From: Anolis carolinensis | Lineage: Eukaryota | Assembly (NCBI RefSeq): GCF_035594765.1 | Contig: NC_085846.1 | Span: 10,217,190 to 10,281,189 of the forward strand | Reading direction: 5' to 3' | Length of the DNA: 64,000 bases | Shown here: positions 13,363-26,432 of the stretch, piece by piece | Layout: every line of letters starts with the position of its first letter | Position numbering within the stretch: position 1 is the first letter of the stretch | The notes under the pieces: model-generated | Seen by the model: the letters and a program-made list of their open reading frames with translations, nothing else | Told to the model about the DNA's origin: nothing | The model's database searches: none | Position numbers and translations under genes: made by a program

Positions 13363-14264
13363 TAGTGCTTGGATGGAAAGATGCCAGTGAATACCTGGCA
13401 CTATAGGCTATATTTCATAGGAAATGATAAAACCATATCAGAGTCTACCTTGCCTAAGAAAACCTTATGAAGCTCATGGGTTCTCCATTAGTTAACAGGC
13501 AATGTGGCAGGCACATACACCAAAACTGGAAACATGGGTCTAGGGAATAAATATGAAGCAATATTTAGAGTGTGCTATTCAGTATTCAGAAATCACTTGG
13601 ATCAATTTGAATGTTAAAAGCTATACACTATTGGAAAAAATTGGCATAAAGCAGGGCAAGAAAGATGGTCACCAATATAAAAATTATGATGGAAAACTGA
13701 TTAGTTGAAGGAATTGGCTACTTTTATCCTGGATAAGAAAAAAAAAATAGAAACACAAGAACTGGAAAAAGACAGAAAAATATCATGTCTTTTTTGCTGT
13801 GTGTTGTGTCTACTACCTATGACAAACCTAAAGCAAGCCAGATTTTCCTGAGAAGTTTTGTTCAGAGGCAGTTTGTTGTCAATGTGCACTTATTCTCCAT
13901 GAAGTAGAAATATATACAGACAGACACATTATTCACTTGCAATAGAAACTTGATAAAAAATAAATACAATGAAATAAAAACAAAACAGGGGTGATCATAT
14001 CATATCATATACATTTACTGGAATATGTGTGCACAAACTAAATTTACATGAAGTATGACACCAAAGTACAATAATAAGAAGTTACAAAATGAATCAAGTA
14101 TATTCCAGCTTTAATGAAAACAGAAGCTGCTATGAAGTCACAGTAAAAGGAAGATGACTCAGTCCTAGAGCCTAGACACCAAAATTCTATCTCTTCCAGA
14201 AAATTTGGGGGCTAAACATACAAATAAGGTGAATGATTCTGTAACATTGTGCTCTGAACTTTAC

Positions 14265-15110
14265 CTGCCATGGCTGCATTTTTTGAAGATCTCTGATCCC
14301 AGTTCTTCTGTGTCTGAATTTGGATAAATCCATATCATGCAAAGCATGTGCGATAGCATAGACACTGTTGTAGATGTTGTAGCTGTGGCTGGTCATGCTC
14401 ATTTCAAAAACAGACATAGGAAGAGTCTCCAGCTTCTCCTCCTGAGTGCAGATATTTTCAGGGGACTCGTCTAAATTGAGCCCGGGAAAAGAACACATGA
14501 ATGCCTGCTGCCAGAAGTCCCCGATAAAGCCATCCTCTCTATTTGTGTCTGGTTTTCTGTCCTGCAGGAATTCATGGAATCCTGAAACCTTTTTTGGGAG
14601 ACGTGAAATGGATAAAGCCCCATTGATGAAGCTCAGATCCCAGTCTCTTTGAATTGGGAGTGATGCAAAACCTATTTCCGCTGTCATTATCCAGACTTTA
14701 TTTATTTTTGGTAAATCAGTGTAAAATGGAATTTCTATCCATATTCTCAAAACTAGAATTGTCTGAATTTCACCATGTAGGATCACTGCATTGGCAGTGC
14801 TTTTACTGATAAGGCATGATGTTTTAATAAGCTCATTTTTCATTGTTTCTAATTCACTGAAAAAGTTTATCAGGATTGCTCCTTCTATGAAGTCAAAGCA
14901 AATACCTTTTTGCATGAACATCGGGAGTACTTTATGTACAAATCTTTCTCCCATTTCACGATTGAAATACACCAGCCCAATCCACTTCCACTGGAAATGC
15001 AAAATTAAGTCGAGAATCCCAGTGTATTGGTGGGTAGTACTTGGGAACATGTTGTGAAAGAAAACAGCTTCCTTTTTGTTATCCATTAGTGGAGCAGAGC
15101 CATATGTGAT
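14265..15110 (-). CDS. V2R gene B, coding exon 3 (Venus flytrap domain)
   Basis: 846 bp, open; ITYGS..F.NMFP..HFQWKWIG..FWQQAFMC..CTQEEKL..YNSVYAIAHALH..PWQ; AAG acceptor and GTAAA donor. Confidence 0.96.
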
Positions 15111-16039
15111 CTTTGGGGTGAGAGATAAGGAGGTAATCATATTAGCACATTACATCTACAAGTTAATATAATTGTAGTGAGTGAATGAAATGACTGTATC
15201 AGGTAGTGCATCAGTACAGTTAAAAGCAAAGCATGGTACTGAAATAATAAAAATTCCCCCAAAAGGAATCCAAAGCAAGAAAAAACAGAGGAAAAAATGC
15301 ATTAGAGTAAGGAAATAATTACAGAAAATATTTTAACATTTATCTAAAAACATTCGTGTTTGCACCTCAAAGGATTGAAAGGCATGCTATTGTACTGGTT
15401 TGGACTTTGTAAGATCCGGTACCTTAAGTAGTGACTGAACATCCTCCAGACTATATCAGTTAAAATGCATTCTGCAATAGCATTAGCTGCATCTTCTGGA
15501 TCATCTTCAAGGCAGCTCAGTATGAAACCCATGACTATAAACTAAATTGGATGCAAATTCTGTGACCAGGCTAACCCATCACCCAATGATGTAATCCAAG
15601 GGTGGGCCTATATGGGACTTTACTGCTTAGATCCCACTAGATTCTACAAAGGCCCTTGTATATTATGTCTCACACTTGGAAGGAGTTTGATGTGTTACTT
15701 ATAGAATCCATGGGAACTGAGCTGTGAGGTCCCATAAATATTCACATCATCCCATGTATAGAGTTGAACTTTCTTCAGCTCATCATGCAACATATGTTGC
15801 CTTTTAGAGTCAAGTTATTTTGTTCACACCAGAAAACCCATCTCTAGCAGTAAAGTTATCCAAGCATAGAAAGAATGGTAGATTGAAAAACATGTGAATA
15901 TCTCAACACACATTCAGGCAATATTGTTTTCCAAGCTTGCTTAGGGAAAAGTTAACAAATACAAATTCAGGGTCTGTAGAGACTGAATTCTCCTAGAAAT
16001 CCTGTTGTTTTAAACTCTTAATTCTGTGGGTGAGCTTAC

Positions 16040-16331
16040 CTGTGAAAACTTATAGGTGCGCAGGATATCTGCCATGAAAAGACAGACATCAGAAGTAGGT
16101 CCCCCAATGACGGCTGCTAGGTTGTCTTGAGTGTCACATTTGTAGTTAGGGAAAAATTTTCCCCAGGTAGAAAGGAGTTCCATTGAAGCAAGATAAGTAA
16201 AGTCGGCAAGAAAATGACTGTTGTAAATGCAGAATCCCAATGTGATGTTGGGTAAGATGAGGGAATTTTCATTGATCTCCTTAATGGCAAAAATCAAGGC
16301 CAGGATGTGTTGGTAGTTGTGAGAAAGCACT
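16040..16331 (-). CDS. V2R gene B, coding exon 2
   Basis: 292 bp, canonical splice sites, V2R exon-2 motifs. Confidence 0.96.
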
Positions 16332-16499
16332 CTGAAATAACAGTAACAGCGGACTTATATTTCAGATTAATACACATTTTCTATTTGCATTCCACTAAAA
16401 TATATTGAAGAATGTCTGACTATAGATACAGAAAAATGTGCTTGAGCCTTCTACATATACAGTTGAACACTGATGTAGGTGTGAATCAGAATTCATATG

Positions 16500-16544
<45 letters not shown>

Positions 16545-16640
16545 GGCATTGAATGTTTGCCCTATATGTACATAATGTGATCTGCCCTGAGTCCCCTTCG
16601 GGGTGTGAAGGGCAGAATATCAATACTAAAAATAAATAAA

Positions 16641-16679
<39 letters not shown>

Positions 16680-16993
16680 CGTTGTCGTCATCATCATCAT
16701 CAGCACTCTGTCGTGCTTTATCTCTCCAAAAAGAGACCCTAAAGCACTCAAAACAATGCAATATGCAAACATGGGATGATATTTATCATAATTTTACTTT
16801 TGAAAGGTAGCAATGAAGTCTTGAATAACTATATGAAAAACTTTAAAAAACATTTTTGTATATTTTCTAATATTATTTCCATTTTTAATTTAAACCAGTT
16901 CCAACATATAACAACTGAATTGTTAACAGATCCCAACCTCTCATGTCTGAATTATTGCATAAAATAATTTGGGGGGAAAAACCAAATTCATAC

Positions 16994-17253
16994 ACCGTAT
17001 CTCCTTGAGATTTCTCAGCAGGATTTTGTCTAAAGGATATCTCTTCAGAAGACATGAAAATCTGAGACAGAATGGCACCTATGAGCAGGTCTCCAGAGAT
17101 GTGATACTTGTGATGAATATGAAGAGATCGACCAATGTCACATGAACCAGCTGTGCATGCCACCTGAAACAGACTGAATACCAGCAGAATGAAAATGAGT
17201 TGGATGGATAGTTTAATTCTGCATAGAAATATTCCACTTGGATAATTAGCCAT
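16994..17253 (-). CDS. V2R gene B, coding exon 1; spliced CDS 2655 nt (~884 aa), apparently intact
   Basis: ATG at 17253, signal peptide, GDLLIG motif, phase-2 GTATGA donor; all six exon phases join in frame. Confidence 0.92.
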
Positions 17254-17530
17254 TGCTTCCCACACTGTGATCGAGGTCTCCTGTAGTAGTACAGCCTGTT
17301 TGAAGTTCCGTTTGTTTCCTGATTTGAAATCAGTTCTGTACAGTGTGAAATATACACAGTCAAAGCAATGGAACCATCTTTTCCTCCATCTACAGCTCCA
17401 ATGACATTAGCAATCTGCATATAATTTAAAGCAATGCACCCCAATGCAGGTTCATTTATAGATAAATCCCACTGATTGTACAATGATGTAGTCCTGTGTA
17501 TAAAAGAGCAAAGACAGAACCCTTTCTTCA

Positions 17531-17546
17531 CTAGAATTCCCTGGAG
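17531..17546. promoter_or_regulatory. Candidate O/E (EBF)-like site upstream of gene B; related motifs upstream of A, C, D and E
   Basis: CTAGAATTCCCTGGAG; reverse complement contains CTCCAGGGA, which fits the YYYCARRRR O/E consensus. Confidence 0.45.
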
Positions 17547-18268
17547 TTTCCAGCAACGTAAAAGAAGTAAGAGCAAATAGAATAAACTTGATCATTAAAT
17601 GGGAGGACCCTGGGGCATTGCAAAAATATGTTTATCACAACTCCACAGGTGTCTTCTCAGATCATACCAATTTTACCAGGAGTCATATGGGTCGTATGTT
17701 CATGAAAAAACATGTCCAGAAAGCAAAAAAGTTTCCAAGGAAAGAACTAGTTTTCTGGGCATTAACTGGCTGCCCAATATTTTACACAAGTTTGAGACTA
17801 TGGGGTTGATGTTTCCAAAAGTAAGATCAGCATTGCTGGATTTGATTACAGGCCTAGATAGTCCTCTTATTCGTGTTGTGTTTTATCCCAGGGGTCATTT
17901 ACACTGTGGAAATAGTATAGTTTTAACTGTGATGGTTCATTTGCACCCGTTGGTTCTGTTGGGTGGGATGTGTGCCAGTTTGGCTAGTTGGTGGAGGAAA
18001 TGGGCTAAGCAGACACCTGTCCATCTCTATGTCAAAAATCCATGAAAAGAAATGGGGAATTTATTGATGTGGAGCATCTCAGAGCATTGAATGGGCCAAG
18101 GGAACAAGTTTGAATTTCATCGTTACACTCACGGGATGAAGGAATTGGAATGGAGGTCAAATTTGGGATTGGCCTGGGTCTCGTCCCCTCTTTTAGGGGT
18201 TTGAAACACACCATGTTCTTCCTTGCATTTAAAGGTTGGCTGGGTACAAAGCCCTCAGATATAGCTAG

Positions 18269-18651
18269 TGTCAGGGTTTGTCCATACTATCCTTCCTCTC
18301 CCAACATGGCATGGGGTAGATGAAACTGGTATTTCTCCGTACCAGTTTCATCCACCCCATGCCATGTTGGGAGAGAGATGATGGTTAGGCTCTCTGATAA
18401 GAGCTATCTGGACCTGGGCGGGGGGGGGGGGGGGACTGGGAACTGTAGAAGTGTTATGTGAGAATGGAATGTAGCTGTTTGAAATTAGATAGTGGGAGGG
18501 GGACGGGTTAGCTAGGAGATATACACCGCAGTTGGCGGGAACTTGCTAGAGCTCTCTTTCTATATCCTGTGGTAAGAAGGAAATAAAGCTGTCTCTAAGG
18601 ATTTGCCTTTGTGAGCGTGCTTTTATTCCAAGATTCCCCAAGGGTCTGACA
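18269..18651 (+). mobile_element. Solo LTR (383 bp)
   Basis: Termini TGTCAG...CTGACA; 5-bp TSD GCTAG/GCTGG; AATAAA near 18582; absent from the paralogous region of gene A. Confidence 0.8.
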
Positions 18652-18798
18652 GCTGGACTCTTAGCACGAGGCTGGGAGGTGACAAGGAAGGAGCCTCAGA
18701 TAGATCCCATTTGCTTCAAGCATCACAGTCAATAACTGTGCTAGATGAAGGTTATAGACATTGTTGGCACAGACCTATGAAAATCCCTGGGGATAGGG

Positions 18799-20100
18799 TG
18801 TTGTAGTTGAGTCTGCTGGCAATATTACCAACAGTAGAAGTACTAGTAGGAGGAAGAGGGGTAATCTTGAGCAGGTACCAAATGAAGAACAGCAAAGGAA
18901 ACAGATCTGGGAGATACTTATGGCACCTTATGAGGAAGGCACGTTTGAAGGGTTTCCAAGTGATGAGGAATCAATGATTTAAGAAGGAGACAGGATGGAT
19001 GTGAATAGAGGAACTAAGAGGGTTACTCGGGAGCAGGAATCAGATGAGGAACGGGAGAGGAAGAAGCTCCGGGATATACTTACTGCTCCCATAGAGGAGG
19101 AGTCGTTTTTTAGTTTCTCTGGGGATGATGGGTCTGAGAGTGATGAAAATGTGGAGGGCACATCGGACTGGACTAGGGTACAAGAAATAAGGGATATGAG
19201 TGCGGAGCCAACTTCTAGTGATGTGTTTGTGGGGTCTTCGGGACAGGAGGATTGGCAAACAGCTGATATACCAGGGCCATGGGGAAACCTAAGTCTTGAT
19301 AGAAGATGGAGGAGCTGGAGGGATGAGAACCGGGATTCACATGTGATGACAGGAACAGCTGTGGGAGATGATGATGGGGTGGAGGCCAGCTCATCTTCAG
19401 AAAATGATGTGTAAGTTAAAAGTAGGGTCTGAAATGGGTATCCTTTGCAGAAGGCAAAGTGTCATTTTAGCGTATGTTTGTCTCTGCTTGTTTTTCCTAT
19501 TGGGTTTTGGGTCCTGGCTCTGCAGCTTGGCATTCCTGGTTCCTGTGATTCTTGGACCTTTCGACTGGCGATTTCGGCTCTGTTTGATGACCTCTGGTAA
19601 CAACGTTTGGATTGGCTTATCACGGTTGCAGCTTTCTCCCCTCCTGGCTTTGGATTGACTTCACTTCAGCTCTGGTTACCCTCTTCAGAAAACTACCTTT
19701 GGATTGGCTATCGTGAGTGCGGCTTTCCCCTGTTCCTGGATCCTGGTTTGACTCGACTGCAGCTTGTGTAAACACCTTGAGGACGTCATTAGTTTGTACC
19801 TTCTGTTCTGCTGCTTTTTGAACTTTGACTGGTTTTGTTTACCTTCCGAGTACAATGCTGTCTTCCAGGAAGTCTGTTACAGTGCTGTTTGCTGCCAATT
19901 CCATTGACTGCATTTTAATCCAGATTATCCATCTATTTAATCCGGATTATTTTCCGTTCTTCCTCTTGAGCCCAGTTTGGGCTAATACTTTGAGTTACAC
20001 TACAGTTAAGTGTCTCTGAGCCTGTTTTTGAGTTGCAATAAATCTTTTGTTAAGACTGAGTATTGTGTGTGTGGCTCTTTAAGGCGCCTGTGTTCCGACA
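18799..20100 (+). mobile_element. Solo LTR (1302 bp), Gypsy- or BEL/Pao-type
   Basis: TGTTG...CGACA termini; perfect 5-bp TSD TAGGG (18794-98, 20101-05); AATAAA at 20037; empty site visible in the gene A duplicate (about 4257-4265). Confidence 0.87.
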
Positions 20101-21259
20101 TAGGGACTGTTGAGGATTCGGGGTCTTACCGTATTCACATAACCCCGTTTTGAGCAATTTACGTACTCAAAACTCTACTGTACAATCAGCATAACCTGGT
20201 GTCTTAAACCAGATGGTGAGCACTGACACCTTGTCCCAAAAGGACTGTGGCGCCAACCCTTTCCTTCTAAGAAAGACGTAGAACTGTAATACATATTCAA
20301 CCAGGACTGGCAAAAGATCACTTAGCCTGTATTTCTTTCTGAACCACAGTACAGCCCTTGTATAAGAGCTGGTGCCAACACTAGCCCGATTCCCCTGACT
20401 CCCTCCTCACTCCAATTCCTCATCATCAGCATCTACTCCATCCGAATGATGGTGCGGCATACTCCACAGAGCTTCAGCTAAGCCATTGTCAATCTCTTCC
20501 ACATGAAAAGCCTTGAACCAAATGCCATGTGGGAGGCAGTGTAATTTAGAACAATGGATTGCTTCCATGACACAGTTAGACTTGGTTGTTAAGAAATTAA
20601 AAACTTTAACCTGTACCGTGGCCTTATTGTCACATCAAAAATGGATGATAGAGTTAGCAAACTCCGCTGCTCAAATTGTAACTGCAACTAATATGGGAAA
20701 AATCTCTAAGAAAGTGATATCTGAGGTGATACCTACTGTGTGCCAATGCTTGTGCCACCTTTTTGAACACCAATGACGATGAATGTATACACTGATCCAC
20801 AAAGTCCATACCTCGAGAAGTCTGACTTGTCCATGGTGGTCTTAGTTACCTCCAGATTGGATTGCTGCAGTGTGCTCTATGTGGGGCTGCCTTTGAAGAT
20901 GGCCCAGAAACTCCAATTAGTACAACATTCTGCAGCCAGGTTATTAACTGGAGTGAATTATAGGGAGCGGACAACCCCCCTATTAAAACAGCTCCACTGG
21001 TTACTGATAAATGTAATGTATTTTTTCAGATAGCTGGAGATTCCTAGATGTAGATTCCATCTAAAATTAGCTGACCAGACTGCTCCAAAACCTCAGGATA
21101 CTCCAGAACTTTTGAACTGGGGCACGAACAGGTCAAACCAAACCTAACAAAAAAACCAGGCTATTCACCAAAAATAGCCATACATTTGAGAGGAGATCTG
21201 CGTTTTTAGCTAGTGTAGGAAAGCTTTAATATAGAAAATGCAAATGGGTCATTTATGTT

Positions 21260-21950
21260 ATTTATTTTTTTGAATATTTTTTATTGAAAATATTTTAGTT
21301 TAACATTAAAACACTAAAGAGAGAACAATAGAGGGAAAGTAAGAAAAAAGGGGGGAAAAAAGAAAAAAAAGAAGAAAAGCCCCAAACCAATCAGAAACCT
21401 ATATCTATATATAGAAAAAAGAGGAGGGGAAAGGGAGGAATAGGGGAGGGGAATTGTTAATGACTTCCATTCTTCTTCCTTCAGTTCTTCTTCTTCTTAG
21501 TTTTACACTGAATCTTTAAAAAAAAGTTCTTTCCTTCTTAAGATAGTCCTCAAAAGTCCTCTTCTACCGGGATTTTCCTTTAATAAAAATGTTACTCTAT
21601 CCATGTCTTTTAGTTCAATTACATTGTTAAGCCAATCTTCCTTATTGGGTATAATATCTAATTTCCAACTTTTTGGAAAGACCATTTTTGCAGAGGTAAT
21701 AAAATAGGTAAATAATTTTTCTTTGTTAAGGTCAGTAAAATGTTCTGAGTCAATTATTCCCAGCAAGTAATATTCAGGTTTCCTTGTGAAGTCTCTTTTT
21801 AAAATTAGTTGGCATTCTTTATGTATGACTTTCCAATAATCCAATGTTTTCTCACAAGTCCACTTTTGCTCTACATTTCCAACATTTATTGTCCAAGTTC
21901 TTATACATTTGTCCTAATTTCTTTGGTGTCATATACCAGTGATAGAGCAT
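21260..21950 (-). mobile_element. L1-clade LINE 3' end (ORF2 C-terminus, 3'UTR, A-rich tail)
   Basis: YWK.I....QLIL...KPEYYLLG...AK....KSWK....P.KEDW peptide; T-rich tail on the plus strand. Confidence 0.75.
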
Positions 21951-22825
21951 CTATTTAGCACAATAGGAGGAAGACTGGTGACATTTGGAACCTTTTGTAA
22001 AATATAATTTCCATTAAATTCATTCTATTTTATTCCTATTATAATCAAAGCTCTACTGGAGTAGGAATCCTTCCCTCTGCTCCTCTGAAAGAGTAACTTA
22101 GAAATCACCCACTATATACACTCAGAAATCAGTCATGAAATACAGGACAATAGGAAAAACATTATTTCAACCATTATTTCTTTTTATTGGGCACTAAGAA
22201 CAATGGTTGGACTGCCAAATATAGCGTACAATGGTTGCTTGAATAAGAGAGTACAAAAGAACAATGGAAATTATCAGTCATTTCCCTAACATTTTTTCAT
22301 TTGGGATTTCAACCACTTTCGGCGAGTCCCAAGTAGTTGCAAGCCATGAAAACAGCATTGGAAAGTCACTTGTGGATCAAGGCCATACTTTTCTCAGTTT
22401 TGCCAAGTGAACCCTTAGCTATAGGCTATCCTGTCATTTTATCCCCTTTCTTCTTTTTCTTGTTCAAAATAGATCTCATTATATGAATGTAGTGTTTTCA
22501 TGAATGGCGCACGAAAACCACAGAAGCTTGTTAACAGCTCCCAAGCATTCAATTTCTCTCCTTTGTGCAAAATTATCCAGTGTGTTGTGGTGCTTTATAA
22601 AAGTAATTAATCTGTGGCCCCATCTGCATGGTCATATAATGCAGTTTCAAAATGGAGTTTAACAGCATTGAACTGCATTATATGGAAGTGTAGACGAGGC
22701 CTGTGGTGTTACATAAAGCTCAAGTTTTCAAACTTTAGTAGTGTCTAAACATCTATTGTGAGCAACCTCCTTATCCTGCCTTAGCAAAATCAGAAACATT
22801 CTGTCAAAAATGGAAGAAGCATTCT

Positions 22826-23727
22826 CTAACATTTTCTTCTCATTAACTGCTCCTTTTTGTTCTGCTCAGGCCTAAAGAGGATAATATAGCATTTAGGGAA
22901 AAAGATAAAAGCTAGTAACCCAGCACTGGAAGCCAAGATGGAGAAGATCTCCACAGCCACCATATATTTGCCTCTGCTGGAAAGGTAGGTTGGAACAAAC
23001 GTTAACCAGACACTGCAAAACAGCAACATGCTGAAGGTGATAAACTTGGCTTCATTGAAACTGTCAGGTAACTTCCGTGCTAGGAAAGCTACAATAAAGC
23101 TGATAATAGCCAGGAATCCCATAAAGCCCAGGACACAATAAAGTATCGTTCCAGATCCTTCATTGCATTCCAATACATTATTCTGAAGGAATGAATCTGT
23201 GTCAGAATCTGGGAATGGTGGTGAGGTTGCCAAATTTAGTGAACAAATCATGACTTGAGTCAAGGAGCACAAAAGAATAATGGATATGGCCAGCCTTTTC
23301 CCTATCCATTTTTTCAATTTAGATCCAGGCTTATTGGCCATAAAAGCTACAACAACTGTGATGGCTTTGGCCAACAAGCAAGAAATAACCACTGAGAAGA
23401 CCATTCCGAAAACTGTTTGTCGGAGGAGACAGGTCATCTTCTGAGGTCGGCCAATGAATAGCAAAGTGCAGAGGAAGGAGAGCAGGAGGGAGATGAGAAG
23501 GGTGTAGGAGAGCATACGATTGTTCACTTTCACAATGGGTGTATTGTTATACTTCACAAAGATTGCTAACACCAAAGTGGTAATGAACGAAAGGGCAACT
23601 GCAGAAGTCGCCAAACCAATTCCCAACGGTTCAGCATAAGACAAGAAGATTACAACTTTTGGAATGCAAAGGTCTTGGTCCTTGTTTGGATAGTAACCTT
23701 TTTGACATTGAGAGCAGCTGTCCATGT
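22826..23727 (-). CDS. V2R gene C, coding exon 6 (7TM)
   Basis: 902 bp after a TTCCAG acceptor; [31 protein letters not shown]; TAG stop. Confidence 0.97.
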
Positions 23728-24949
23728 CTGGAATACAAATATAAATTTAGGTGAAATTTACATCCTTGGTTGTCATATGATGAGTATTCCCATAAAGCAA
23801 GGCTCAGATTTCCATCATTTTAAATAAGATCTGGGAGGAAAGTTGGGGGCATAGTAGGGCAAGCATGATCCAGGATATGGATCTCTAGTGACTGCCAGTC
23901 ACATACTTATCCAGAGTATGACTTTATTACTTGTCCCACTCTCTTAAACAACCTACATCAAACAAATACGTGTAGGAAGGAGGCTTCATTATCCCTGGAT
24001 GTGGGAAAATTGCCTTTTCAGAAGTTCAAACTGTGTGTATTGAAGTGAATGGAAAGTAGTTAGTGAATCTCCATTCCCTGGCCACCAACTGCTAGAATAC
24101 ATAAGCAATTTGCATTTATAGGTCTTCTTTCATCTGCATTACAAGGCTGAGGTTATTGCTGCTTCCATCTTGTCTACACTTGCTGCTACTGTATTTGTTT
24201 TCCCATCCAAAAGCCCTGTAACTGCCATGGCCAAACTTCGGCCCTCCAGGTGTTTCAGACTTCAGCTCCCAGAAATCCCAGCCAGCTTACCGGCTGTTAG
24301 GAATTATATGAGTTGAAGTCCAAAACACTTGGAGGGCCGAAGTTTACCCATGTCCGTTCTATAATCATGTCCAAGATGATTATCTGTGTTAGTTAGCAAA
24401 AGCTACACATGCTTTTGGAAATTTAGGGAAATGACTGCCTGCATGACTGCTTGTCAGAATAAATAGCATTTTTAGCAGTTGGTGCTGCCAAAAGGGCATA
24501 GTCAAACCCTGAATTTTAAACTGCACAATCTCTCTCATTATATGTATTTTAAGGAACTTTTGTCATGCTGTTAATATCTGCTTTAGTACCAGAGATCTTA
24601 TAGGTCGGGACCAATAAGCTTTCATGTTTCTCATTTCTCTCAATATGCACCGACTCTGCACTCACTGATTCAACCATTTGTAGCTTTAAAATATTTTTAA
24701 AATCCAAAAGGCACACTTTGGTTTTATCATTTTTATAAAAGACACATTTTTCTACACTACTGCACAGAATGGGATTTGAACATCTACGATTTCAGGTATC
24801 CATAGAATAGTGGGAATCTGGAATGAAAATGCAGCCGATACTCAGGGTCCACTGTAAATGTAATGGTTCCTGGCTTGATGTAAATAAGATTTTATGCAGT
24901 AATTGTCTGCCTTGAGTTGGAAGTGCTGGAGAAAACCCACATCTCCTAC

Positions 24950-25076
24950 CTGTTTGATTGGAAATCTCCCCTTTGGGACATGGAAGGCAATCATAGCAAC
25001 AGTATGGCTTCCCTTCCTTCTTTGCCCTTCTGTATCCTGAGGAGCAACAGTCATTACACAGTGAGCGTGGACGTGT
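24950..25076 (-). CDS. V2R gene C, coding exon 5
   Basis: 127 bp; [42 protein letters not shown]; AG acceptor and GTAGG donor. Confidence 0.94.
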
Positions 25077-25147
25077 CTGTTCACAAGTGAAAGATGTAAA
25101 TATGTCAGCTTTATGGAAAACATTAACTTGTACAGATCAAGGGCTCA

Positions 25148-25501
25148 GGCCCCTTCCACACAGCTGAATACAATCCCACATTACCTGCTTTGAATTGGAA
25201 TACCGTATATACTTGAGTATAAGCAGACCCGAATATAAACTGAGGCACCTAATTTTACCACAAAAAACTAGGAAAACATTGACTCCAGTATAAGCCGAGG
25301 GTGGTAAATTTCAGAAATAAAAATAGATACCAATAAAATTACATTTATTGAGGCATCAGTAGGTTAAATGTTTTTGAATATTTACATAAAGCTCAAATTC
25401 AAGATAAGACTGTCCAACTCTGATCAAATCATTATTCTCATCTTCTTCAATGTAAATGTGCTTATGTATCCTTTTAATAATAATAGAGTAAAATAATGCA
25501 T

Positions 25502-25538
<37 letters not shown>

Positions 25539-25983
25539 CAGGAAAATGATGCATGTAATAATAGAGTAAAATAATAAATGCAATAATAATAATAATAATA
25601 ATAATAAGAAGAAGAAGAAGAAGATCAGAGTGAAATAATAAATGTATTAATAATAATAAAAATAGAGTAAAATAAATGTAATAGTAGCAACAATAATAGA
25701 GAAAAATAATAAATGTAATAATACCAATAATAATAGAGAAAAATAATAAATGTACCATATATTCTTGAGTATAAGCTCACCCAAATATTAACCAACCAGG
25801 ACCCTCACCCGAGTAAAAGCCGAGGTGGGCTTTTTCAGTCTGAAAAAAAGGGCTGAAAAACTAGGCTTATACTCAAGTATATACAGTATATGGTAGTGTG
25901 GACTCAGATAACCCAGTCCAAAGCAGATATTGTGGGATTTTCTGCCTTGATATTCTGGGTTATATGGCTGTGTGGAAGGGCCC
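25148..25983. mobile_element. PIF/Harbinger-like MITE interrupted by a nested pogo/Tigger-like MITE (25203-25886)
   Basis: Outer TIR GGCCCCTTCCACACAG with 3-bp TSD TCA; inner TIR CCGTATATACTTGAGTATAAGC with TA flanks. Confidence 0.8.
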
Positions 25984-26170
25984 TCAGACTACAGGTATTG
26001 GTTAGCATCCCACACTCTCCAATCAATCTGCTATGAACAGGAAAAATGTGTCATCACCTCTAGTTCATAGGTCTATTTAGTTCACTTTTAGTTTCGTCTT
26101 AAATTTTTTTGTTGCTCATCAATACTATTTTAAGGTCGGCATGAATGTCATGCAGATATACTTTCACCTA

Positions 26171-26319
26171 GGGCCCTTCCACACAGCCCTATATCCCAGA
26201 ATATCAAGACAGAAAATCCCACATTATCTGAGTGTGGACTCAGATAACCCAGTTCAAAGCAGATATTGTGGGATTTTCCGCTTTCATATTCTGGGATATA
26301 GGGCTTCGTGGAAGGGCCT
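26171..26319. mobile_element. PIF/Harbinger-like MITE
   Basis: Same TIR family as 25148 (GGGCCCTTCCAC...GTGGAAGGGCC); 3-bp flanks CTA. Confidence 0.75.
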
Positions 26320-26432
26320 CTATTTATGCATGTATTTGCAGTTTTCCCTCACTTGCCTCCCTTTAAACCAGAGGTGGGTAAATCCCAGCAATGGGCTGCC
26401 TGCAGTCCTTCATTATGAGTGGAGTAAAAATA

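Noticed and set aside
20105-20780. Coding-looking sequence shared by the A and B upstream regions (possible processed pseudogene)
   Set aside because: All frames I checked are broken and I recognise no protein; a BLASTX search is needed
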